Shown: positions 9,447-16,349 of the stretch, piece by piece | Layout: every line of letters begins with the position of its first letter | Numbering within the stretch: the stretch's first letter is position 1 | Sequence record: MT446416.1 | Reading direction: 5' to 3' (one strand) | DNA: 21,635 nt | Made by a program: the position numbers and the translations under genes | Notes under the pieces: model-generated | What the model was told of the DNA's origin: nothing | Databases searched by the model: none | The model's input: the letters and a program-made list of their open reading frames with translations, nothing else

Positions 9447-10310
9447 TTATAAATGGCGAATTCTCTGAATCACTTCATCTTGCTTTCCTTTATTGAATGG
9501 GCGACTATTTGGTGCACTAAGATATCCGCTAACTCTTCGAATAACTGACATAGATTTTTCATCTCTATTATTACAAACTGGACAGTGGAAACCGTTTTTA
9601 TCGACGCTGAATTCACCTTCAAAATTACATTTATGACAATGATCAACTGGCTGGTTTATTCCAAAATATGGAATTTTTTCATAGGCATAATTGATTAATG
9701 TTTCAAGTGCTTGAATGTTGTTTGTTAAGTTTGGTGTTTCGACATAGCTAATATTACCACCATTGCTTAGATAAGCAAAGTTTTCCTCATAATCCCACTT
9801 TTCAAAAGCAGAACTTTCAACCCATACTGGTTGATGGAATGAATTTGTAATATAATTACGTTTTAGTACTGAAGGGTACTTAGATTCGATGCAACGTGCA
9901 AATTTGTAGCAAAGTGACTCTGCTGGGGTTCCATATAGACTAAAAGCTATGTTACTCTCTTTTTTGAACTCATCGCATTTAACTTTCATATAATTCAGTA
10001 CTGACATACAAAACTCCTTACTGATAGAACCAGTGAGGATTTCTGAACATTCAACAAGTCCAACATAACCAATACTAATACTAGCATAACCATTGTAAAA
10101 TAGTTTGTCAATAGTTTCTTCTGCACCTAAACGTGCTAATGCACCTTCCATGAACAAAATTGGATTCTGTTTCGCTTTAGTGCCTTTTAAACGCTCTACA
10201 CGGTTCATCTGAGCACGATATGCAATATTCATATGCTCATCTATCTTATCAAAAAACTCTCCATCTGAGGCACTTTCAAGAGCAATTAACGGTAGGTTGA
10301 TTGAGACAAC
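9447..10310 (-). CDS. nrdD: Anaerobic (class III) ribonucleotide reductase, exon 2
   Basis: Begins VVSINLPLIALES, which continues GRFNLG of exon 1. Contains SLYGTPAESLC, YITNSFH, Zn ribbon CHKC...CPVC and glycyl loop RRVSGYL. Confidence 0.95.
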   Translation of the reverse strand, partial: VVSINLPLIALESASDGEFFDKIDEHMNIAYRAQMNRVERLKGTKAKQNPILFMEGALARLGAEETIDKLFYNGYASISIGYVGLVECSEILTGSISKEFCMSVLNYMKVKCDEFKKESNIAFSLYGTPAESLCYKFARCIESKYPSVLKRNYITNSFHQPVWVESSAFEKWDYEENFAYLSNGGNISYVETPNLTNNIQALETLINYAYEKIPYFGINQPVDHCHKCNFEGEFSVDKNGFHCPVCNNRDEKSMSVIRRVSGYLSAPNSRPFNKGKQDEVIQRIRHL

Positions 10311-10354
10311 CATTTGTACCTTCACTTTCATGAAGGATTAGAGTACACCATACT

Positions 10355-11194
10355 CTAACGAAGAGGAAATGACATATAACCAAGTTTATTTGATAGTTCT
10401 TTATATCCAGAACCGTTATTGATATTTGCAACAGTTTTTCTTCCTACATTTAAACATTTTGCAATTTCGGAATAATTTTTATCTGTATTAATTAGCATAT
10501 CAATAATCTTAGAAACTGTTTTAATAGAATGACGTTTTGATGAATTTTGTGGTTTAAAAATTGGGTATTCAAGTGATTTATTTCGATAGATTACTCCATT
10601 ATTAACATTACAAATGGTGACATTTGAAACATTATATATTTTTGCAATTTCTATACTAGAAACACCATTTCTTAATAACTCATAAATTGAATCTATATTA
10701 TCTTCAATCTTATTTCTTTTGTTATCTCTAATAGGGTATGTTTCATTTATTTGATACCAAGTTTCGCCACAATTTATATCACTAACACAGCCGTATGGGA
10801 CATTTAAAGTTTTTGCTATTTCTACAAATGAAAGATCTTTATGTGATTTGATATATTCTATAATTTTGATAGCATCAATTTCAGTTATTTTACTTCCATT
10901 GAAGGTTTGGTTACCACCTAATGTTGAGTTGTAACCATTCTTATAACTATCATAAATTTCAATATATTTTATTTCTTCATCATTAAGATTATTTAAATCA
11001 ATATTAGTTTTTAAAATTTGAAATGTAAAATTTTCAAAGCCAAATTTTTTAATAGCTTTACTAATACATGATTTTTCATCATTGTTGTTACAGTGTTCCA
11101 CCCATCTTTTCATCGGTGGATATAAAACAGTTTGTCCAATATAAACTTTATTAGTTACTATACACTCTATTTTATATATGCTTCCTTTTCTCAT
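10355..11194 (-). CDS. Intron-encoded GIY-YIG homing endonuclease with three C-terminal HTH repeats
   Basis: SIYKI...VYIGQT...KRW..H...E..YI...GYNSTLGG nuclease domain, then three repeats of EIAK..NV.....DIN.G. SD GGAGG. Confidence 0.92.
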   Translation of the reverse strand: MRKGSIYKIECIVTNKVYIGQTVLYPPMKRWVEHCNNNDEKSCISKAIKKFGFENFTFQILKTNIDLNNLNDEEIKYIEIYDSYKNGYNSTLGGNQTFNGSKITEIDAIKIIEYIKSHKDLSFVEIAKTLNVPYGCVSDINCGETWYQINETYPIRDNKRNKIEDNIDSIYELLRNGVSSIEIAKIYNVSNVTICNVNNGVIYRNKSLEYPIFKPQNSSKRHSIKTVSKIIDMLINTDKNYSEIAKCLNVGRKTVANINNGSGYKELSNKLGYMSFPLR

Positions 11195-11200
11195 TATATA

Positions 11201-11227
11201 TCCTCCATAAAATATTATTTATGGAAG
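11201..11227 (-). promoter_or_regulatory. RBS-sequestering hairpin with late-promoter-like CATAAATA, upstream of the intron endonuclease
   Basis: CTTCCATAAA-TAATAT-TTTATGGAGG forms a 10-bp stem burying GGAGG. CATAAATA at 11223-11216. Confidence 0.8.
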
Positions 11228-11483
11228 TTTTAATATTAGAGTCACGTATTATACTCGTTGAACCTTCCACCATTCTAAAATGATAGCTTGGCTGCTGATT
11301 TCCCATTTTTTGTGCATATGAACTGATTTACAACTTTTCATATATCCATAATTCTTTTTTCTACTCTCGTAACATTCACGTTTATCTATTAAGATTGCGT
11401 TGTAGTGATTATGGCTTTAGGGGGTTCCAGCATGTTAACGTGTTTGCTATTACTGCTCACGCAGCAAAGGGGCATGTATGTCT

Positions 11484-12425
11484 ACCCAAGTTGAAACGAC
11501 CGTTATATTGCTCATTTCCATTTGAATCTTCCCATTTTCCTAAGAATGAACGACAGCCCATCGGTGTTACAGCAGTGCTATTACTTCCCGTCACTTTGTG
11601 ATTTAATGGAACTGAAACAAAGTCTGGGTAGATTCTCTTCGATGCACAACGCATTGCCAACTGTTTCATGTCATAGTTGCAATCATCGCTATTCATGTTG
11701 ATTCCGTCCTGTAAAAAGAAAATTACTTTAGGAAACACTGGAGTAATCTTATCTTTGCCTAAACCATTCTCATGTACTTTTAAGTACTGTTCAGTGATTA
11801 ATTTGCCAAATTTTGAAGTATTCAGTCCTAAACTAAGAGAAATGAATGCTGCTTGTCCGTTTGTACTAATCATTGAATTTGTCTGGTAAAGTAAGGTTTG
11901 ACACCCATCATAGACTTCTTTTCGTAATTCTTCCTCAATGTATTCAGTACTGAGATTATATGCCTTTTGCTTCGCTAATAGCTTATCCCACGACTTTTGG
12001 ACGTAAGGTTCAAGACCAACGTCAATATGAGCCAATGATTGACCACCGTACTGGGAACTAGCAACAGCCTGAACAATTTGTGTCAGTACTGTACATGCTA
12101 CACTAAAACTCTTTGGTTCTTCAATTTTTGCACAACCAATGGTAAATCCATTTTTTAGCATATCTGGGTAGTTAACCAAGCAACAGTTAGTTAATGGGCT
12201 GATATAGTAGTCTAAATCATGAATGTGACCATAACCATCATTATGCCACTGCATTAGCTCCTTTGGAATAACATCTTGTGAATAATGTTTAGATAGGATA
12301 CCAGCAAGTAAATCCCTGTGTGTATTGACGCATTTCGCATCTTTGTTTGCATTTTCATTTGTAAGATCAGTATTGCTCTGATTTAGGAAATTTGTTACGT
12401 CAGTATATAATTTATCTAATTGCAT
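11484..12425 (-). CDS. nrdD: Anaerobic (class III) ribonucleotide reductase, exon 1 (spliced product ~601 aa, no ATP cone)
   Basis: NENANKD, HIHDLDY, TNCCLV, SSQYGGQS, FPKVIF, YPDFVS, MGCRSFL (thiyl Cys) and GRFNLG. Start at MQLDK (12425) chosen from SD AAGGA. 314 + 287 codons. Confidence 0.95.
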
Positions 12426-12486
12426 TTTACTTTCCTTGTATTTTGAAATCATCTGGGGGTGAAGTTATTTAACATCACCAGACACC

Positions 12487-12528
12487 ATTATAGCGTCAGA
12501 ACAGGGTATTTCTCTTGATCTATATCAA
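12487..12528 (-). promoter_or_regulatory. FNR-type (class II) anaerobic promoter of nrdD
   Basis: Perfect FNR box TTGAT-N4-ATCAA at 12515-12528 and perfect -10 TATAAT at 12492-12487. Box centre 12521.5 is about -41.5 from a +1 near 12480. Confidence 0.85.
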
Positions 12529-12563
12529 GGAAAGGTCACATTGCTTTTTATTTGCACAAATAG

Positions 12564-12586
12564 AAAAAGCACCTCTAGGGTGCTTT
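12564..12586 (-). terminator. Intrinsic terminator insulating the nrdD promoter
   Basis: AAAGCACC-CTAGA-GGTGCTTT followed by TT; stem nearly identical to the one after nrdG. Confidence 0.8.
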
Positions 12587-12701
12587 AAAGTACTGCTAAT
12601 ATAAAAACTGCCCAAATTAGCAGTACTACATTGGTTGGAGCGGCAAAAAACATATATGCAGCAAGTGCACTGCATCCGATTACAAGTTTAGCTAGTCTCA
12701 T
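12585..12701 (-). CDS. Small hydrophobic membrane protein (38 aa), missed by the ORF track
   Basis: MRLAKLVIGCSALAAYMFFAAPTNVVLLIWAVFILAVL*. GGAG 5 nt upstream, overlaps the previous gene end, fills the gap up to the terminator. Confidence 0.7.
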   Translation of the reverse strand: MRLAKLVIGCSALAAYMFFAAPTNVVLLIWAVFILAVL

Positions 12702-12873
12702 CTGGACTCCATGTAATAGTCACAGTAAATGTGCCTTCTTGGAAACCAAACTCATCTTGTGGGATTTGTCCAGCTAATGGGTTAAATCTTGAATCGAATG
12801 CTTCATGTACGTCTCGCTGAATATCATAGAGACTTTCACCATCGTATTCTTTTTTAAAGATTTCATTCTGCAT
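12688..12873 (-). CDS. Hypothetical protein (61 aa)
   Basis: Tightly packed co-oriented ORF. Confidence 0.7.
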   Translation of the reverse strand: MQNEIFKKEYDGESLYDIQRDVHEAFDSRFNPLAGQIPQDEFGFQEGTFTVTITWSPDETS

Positions 12874-13273
12874 TTATACGTACCGACCCTCGTATTCTGT
12901 CTGGATATCCATCAAATAGATCAATGAATTGGTTTAACGCATAAGTACTGAAGAATGGATTATTCTTTGCAATTTCTATGCGTTTTTCAATATCCATTAA
13001 TATAATCTCTGGTCTACTGAAATTACCTTTACGTCTATATGTTAGTAAACGCTCTTTGTGTCCTCTGAACTGAAATTCAAAATATGTTGATGATGTGTAA
13101 TCACTTCCATCAGGAATCGGAATTGAAAAATCAACATTGTACTTATAACCAATTGCGAAAAAATAACCACCATCTTCTAACGGTATAGTTGCATCATTTA
13201 GATGAAAATCGATTTCATCTCCTAACATATCAAATATTTTGGTACTTAGAGACATAAAATCATCGACTAACAT
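12863..13273 (-). CDS. Hypothetical protein (136 aa)
   Basis: Co-oriented ORF in a contiguous array. Confidence 0.8.
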   Translation of the reverse strand: MLVDDFMSLSTKIFDMLGDEIDFHLNDATIPLEDGGYFFAIGYKYNVDFSIPIPDGSDYTSSTYFEFQFRGHKERLLTYRRKGNFSRPEIILMDIEKRIEIAKNNPFFSTYALNQFIDLFDGYPDRIRGSVRINAE

Positions 13274-13284
13274 GTCTTTTTACC

Positions 13285-13503
13285 TTATCTTATAACTCGA
13301 CAGTAGTACTGAATAATGTAAGGAAATAAAGGATTATTTACGTATGTTGCAAAATTAGCTATTGTAACTTTTTTATAGTAAAAGTTGTGAATTGTTATAA
13401 TAGTGTGAGGATCTATTGAATCTCTATTAGAGAGTTCAACATAACGCCCACACTTCATATAAGCCTTACCATAATAATCGTAAATTATATCGTATTTTTC
13501 CAT
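13285..13503 (-). CDS. Hypothetical protein (72 aa)
   Basis: Abuts the upstream stop; co-oriented. Confidence 0.7.
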   Translation of the reverse strand: MEKYDIIYDYYGKAYMKCGRYVELSNRDSIDPHTIITIHNFYYKKVTIANFATYVNNPLFPYIIQYYCRVIR

Positions 13504-13863
13504 TTACTCAGGATCTTTATTTTTATCAACTGTGTTGTTTTTATTCAAATCAATTTGCAAAGCCATTGCAGCTTCAGCATTTTCTTCATGTGTACCATTG
13601 AATTTATACCCATTCTTGATGAGATTCACTGTGTAGTACTTATTATAAAGAAATGCCCATACGATCATGGCAATAGAACCTACAATCCAAAAAGACACTG
13701 CGTTTAGGATGAAGTAAATTACAAATGCACCGATAAACGTAATAAAGTCACCACGGAACAATGCAGGGAAAGGTCCAAAAAATAATGTGGTCCAAGAAAA
13801 ACCATAGAAGCCATCTTTTCGTTGTCCTACCTTTTCATTTTTTAAAGAAATTGTTTTAGCCAT
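13504..13863 (-). CDS. HrgC/DUF2628-like membrane protein
   Basis: GFSWTTLFFGPFPALFRGD motif, hydrophobic helices, then YNKYY...L.KNGY. Confidence 0.7.
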   Translation of the reverse strand: MAKTISLKNEKVGQRKDGFYGFSWTTLFFGPFPALFRGDFITFIGAFVIYFILNAVSFWIVGSIAMIVWAFLYNKYYTVNLIKNGYKFNGTHEENAEAAMALQIDLNKNNTVDKNKDPE

Positions 13864-13872
13864 TTTAATCTC

Positions 13873-14097
13873 CTACTTATTATTTGAGTTTGGAATACAG
13901 TACACAAATACTAGATTACTAAAGTGTTCAGTACTAGAATATTTTGCTAAATCTGTTATATGGAAGTTGACATCTTTGAATTTACCATTCTCATATGTCG
14001 TTATTTGTAAACAGTGTGTGGGTCTGAAAATATAAAAATAAAATATATCATCTTCAGTCACAACTGTATGGTTTTGGTAGCGTTCGATTTTCTTCAT
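13873..14097 (-). CDS. Hypothetical protein (74 aa)
   Basis: Start moved to ATG 14097, which overlaps the deaminase stop (ATGA). Confidence 0.65.
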   Translation of the reverse strand: MKKIERYQNHTVVTEDDIFYFYIFRPTHCLQITTYENGKFKDVNFHITDLAKYSSTEHFSNLVFVYCIPNSNNK

Positions 14098-14462
14098 GTA
14101 TGAATAATTTCTTTGACCCCATATTCCAGAATTGCCAACGTACAAATCTCACAAGGCTTGGCAGAAACGGGAATTCCATCTTTACTAACCCGTGCAATTA
14201 ATAATGTGTGAACATCAGCCCTTGCTGCGAGTAAACAGCTTATTTCAGCATGTAACCATATTGCATCATTTCTTCCAGCTTTAACTGCAAAGTTTTTCTG
14301 CTTAGGGTGAGTCCGTGTATAAGAATTGGTGCGAGTTGCCAGTACTCGACCTTTTTTATCAAGTGCACGAGCAATAATACGATACCGTTTATAATTACCT
14401 ACTTGTTCAATCGGTGGCATCTGGCGTAATTCTTCGATTAGTTTCTCCAATTTACTATTCAT
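14094..14462 (-). CDS. Cytidine/dCMP deaminase-fold Zn protein
   Basis: LHAEIS ... KPCEIC (HxE ... PCxxC) catalytic signature. Confidence 0.85.
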   Translation of the reverse strand: MNSKLEKLIEELRQMPPIEQVGNYKRYRIIARALDKKGRVLATRTNSYTRTHPKQKNFAVKAGRNDAIWLHAEISCLLAARADVHTLLIARVSKDGIPVSAKPCEICTLAILEYGVKEIIHT

Positions 14463-15073
14463 AAGTCTAAGTCTATACCCTTTTCAATAGATTTCTCTAG
14501 AACCCAAAGTTTACATTCTTCACTCTCCAAATGCATCTTTGCCTCTTTCTGTTGTTCTATTGTACAATACTTTATAAATTCACGCAAGGCTTCTATTGTA
14601 CTTTTTATATTTTTTATGTCTTCGAGAATTGTTTCTTTGGCTTCGGCATCAATTACAGATGAACTCCACCCGTGACGTTCTTCCCAAACTGTTTTTGTTG
14701 GATTGTAAATTGATGATGTAGAAATGACCACATGGATCTTATTAAACGTATCGTCTGCTTCTTGTTGGGTGTAATCACCATAAGTGTTTAGCACATTTTT
14801 GTATAGTTCATCGATTGCCTCATCATAAGTATCACCACCGCAATCTAACTCATAATCATGTGCTTGTACCCATTCATCATCTTGCTCAATGTACATAGGT
14901 GAGATGAATTCTACCCAAAATTGTGTCTTTGTATTCAGAGCTTTAAATGATTCAATGCGGTTTGTGATTGGACACACATCATGTGGTTCGATATCAATCC
15001 TTGGGGGAACCATATCTCTGTTGATGAATTTAGGATGGCCCAAAATCCACCAGTACTTTTCTGATGTAGTCAT
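14459..15073 (-). CDS. Hypothetical phage protein
   Basis: Long ORF; probable start MTTSEK (15073) after GGAG. Confidence 0.85.
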   Translation of the reverse strand: MTTSEKYWWILGHPKFINRDMVPPRIDIEPHDVCPITNRIESFKALNTKTQFWVEFISPMYIEQDDEWVQAHDYELDCGGDTYDEAIDELYKNVLNTYGDYTQQEADDTFNKIHVVISTSSIYNPTKTVWEERHGWSSSVIDAEAKETILEDIKNIKSTIEALREFIKYCTIEQQKEAKMHLESEECKLWVLEKSIEKGIDLDL

Positions 15074-15087
15074 AGTAATCTCCAATT

Positions 15088-15115
15088 AAAAAGTACCGCC
15101 CACTGTGGCAGTACT
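15088..15115 (-). terminator. Intrinsic terminator
   Basis: AGTACTGCC-ACAGTG-GGCGGTACT followed by TTTT; the G.U pair works only on the minus strand. Confidence 0.75.
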
Positions 15116-15119
15116 GATA

Positions 15120-15479
15120 TTAAATGTAACGTTTCTTTTTATAATCATACCCTACTGCTTTGTAAAAGTCAAACAACGAAGCATGTTCAAATGTAGGTAA
15201 TAGATCATATGGGTGCTGATAGTTCGCAATACCAACAACTGTCAGCATCGTTTCAGACGTTCGTGTGTTATCACTATCCCATTCATCTAAACGCCAAAGT
15301 GAGCAAAGTACCTCTCGTTCATGTTGCTTACCCAGAAAGAATTCAGCTTCACGGTCACGAAATGCACCTACACTGATAGTACTTTTGTACCAGTCTTCTT
15401 CACCATAAGCTGGCATACGGATAATGTGTTTTTCTTGAGCTTCACCAAAGCGATGAAGAAATGCCACATAATCACTCAT
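15120..15479 (-). CDS. Hypothetical protein (119 aa)
   Basis: Co-oriented ORF with ATGA overlap to the upstream gene. Confidence 0.8.
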   Translation of the reverse strand: MSDYVAFLHRFGEAQEKHIIRMPAYGEEDWYKSTISVGAFRDREAEFFLGKQHEREVLCSLWRLDEWDSDNTRTSETMLTVVGIANYQHPYDLLPTFEHASLFDFYKAVGYDYKKKRYI

Positions 15480-15646
15480 AATTTATAACCCATTACAGGT
15501 TTGGTATGATCCGGTTCGTAAGACTTTTCAGTACTGAACCCTCTGAAATTACCACGACCTGGCTTCGGACAAGCCATCCCTTCTACACCGTGCTTACCCT
15601 GAACCTTTCCGCAGTTTTTGCATTTGTATCCAATAACTTCTTTCAT
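15476..15646 (-). CDS. Small putative Zn-binding protein (56 aa), missed by the ORF track
   Basis: MKEVIGYKCKNCGKVQGKHGVEGMACPKPGRGNFRGFSTEKSYEPDHTKPVMGYKL*. ATGA overlaps at both ends, SD AAGGA, CxxC-x6-H-x6-C. Confidence 0.8.
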   Translation of the reverse strand: MKEVIGYKCKNCGKVQGKHGVEGMACPKPGRGNFRGFSTEKSYEPDHTKPVMGYKL

Positions 15647-15876
15647 TGTGCATCCTTTGGAATAGTGTTAAGGCGTGTACGGTTTACAATCTTCCTGCAC
15701 ATGAGATTAAGATCTTGCCCATGACGCATCTCATGGCAAGCATACAATGTGCCATCATAGTTAAGTTTAGTCAAATTCTGTCGAATGAACTCTGCATCAG
15801 CCTCCTGAACTTTAGGTGCACAACCACAGAGAGTAATGGATACAAATATTGTTAATGTAATGAATATATTTTTCAT
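15643..15876 (-). CDS. Putative lipoprotein
   Basis: From ATG 15876: MKNIFITLTIFVSITLCG|C, a basic N-terminus, hydrophobic core and lipobox-like LCGC. Confidence 0.7.
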   Translation of the reverse strand: MKNIFITLTIFVSITLCGCAPKVQEADAEFIRQNLTKLNYDGTLYACHEMRHGQDLNLMCRKIVNRTRLNTIPKDAQ

Positions 15877-15886
15877 GATATTTTTC

Positions 15887-16327
15887 TCATTTTGGGCTAT
15901 AACCACTTTTAATTTTAGAAATTACTTTCTTCTCGAAGAACTTACGTGCTTCTTCAATAGTTTTGAATTCTTCACCATCTGTGGTACTGCTTTTACCAAT
16001 AGCACCATACTCAATAATTACTTCACACACTGGAGCATTCAATTCAATATTATAGAATTTGTTTGAAGAACCGTGAACATATTCCAAATGTACATTATCA
16101 GGAATGTTCTGCACATAATCATAGTTCTTGAAGATAATATCAATCATATTTTCTTCACCGCGTTCAGGAAATAGTTCAGTATTATTCAGTACTAAACGCT
16201 GTGCAGCACGGAACATATCAAAATATCGTTCGCCTTTTTTCAGTTCTTTTATATCAGAACAGAAATGACCATAGTATTCTACATAATCATTCCAAGGATA
16301 AATTCCTTCATCAGCAGTTTCAAACAC
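15887..16327 (-). CDS. WGR-domain protein (possibly the 3' part of a frameshifted gene 15887..16883)
   Basis: C-terminus HGSSNKFYNIEL...IEYGAIG...FKTIEEARKFFEKKVISKIKSGY matches the WGR pattern. GTG start lacks a good SD. Confidence 0.75.
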   Translation of the reverse strand: MFETADEGIYPWNDYVEYYGHFCSDIKELKKGERYFDMFRAAQRLVLNNTELFPERGEENMIDIIFKNYDYVQNIPDNVHLEYVHGSSNKFYNIELNAPVCEVIIEYGAIGKSSTTDGEEFKTIEEARKFFEKKVISKIKSGYSPK

Positions 16328-16349
16328 GTAAGTTTCATCTTGTGGAACT

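Larger units (their letters stand above)
10311..11483 (-). mobile_element. Group I intron (1173 nt) in nrdD, endonuclease ORF in the P8 loop
   Basis: 5' exon ends in U and intron ends in G. P1 GGGU/GCCC; P2 UUGCUGC-GUGA-GCAGUAA; P3 CACGU/ACGUG; P4 UGCUG/CAGCA; R GUUCAACGAGUA; P8 ACUCUAA/UUAGAGU; P7 GAGUA/UACUC; P9 CCUUCAU-GAAA-GUGAAGG; P10 AGACA(U)AC with 3' exon GUUGUCU. Removal restores the in-frame join LG|VVS. Confidence 0.95.

Noticed and set aside
10311-10331. MKVKVQM as the start of a separate NrdD C-terminal protein
   Set aside because: These codons are intron P9 and the terminal G; splicing gives the canonical LG|VV join.
11457-11483. RHTCPFAA* as the NrdD C-terminus, or nrdD as a pseudogene
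   Set aside because: This is read-through into intron P1/P2; the gene is intact after splicing.
12426-12452. ORF-track start MISKYKESK for nrdD
   Set aside because: The SD (AAGGA) lies inside these codons and points to the ATG at 12425.
12520-12545. CRP site (TGTGA) or NrdR box near the nrdD promoter
   Set aside because: Only a TGTGA half-site with no TCACA partner; no convincing NrdR match.
12589-12627. 12-bp inverted repeat as an ncRNA or terminator
   Set aside because: Lies within a credible small ORF, has a 15-nt loop and no U-tract, and half of each arm is the ubiquitous AGTACT.
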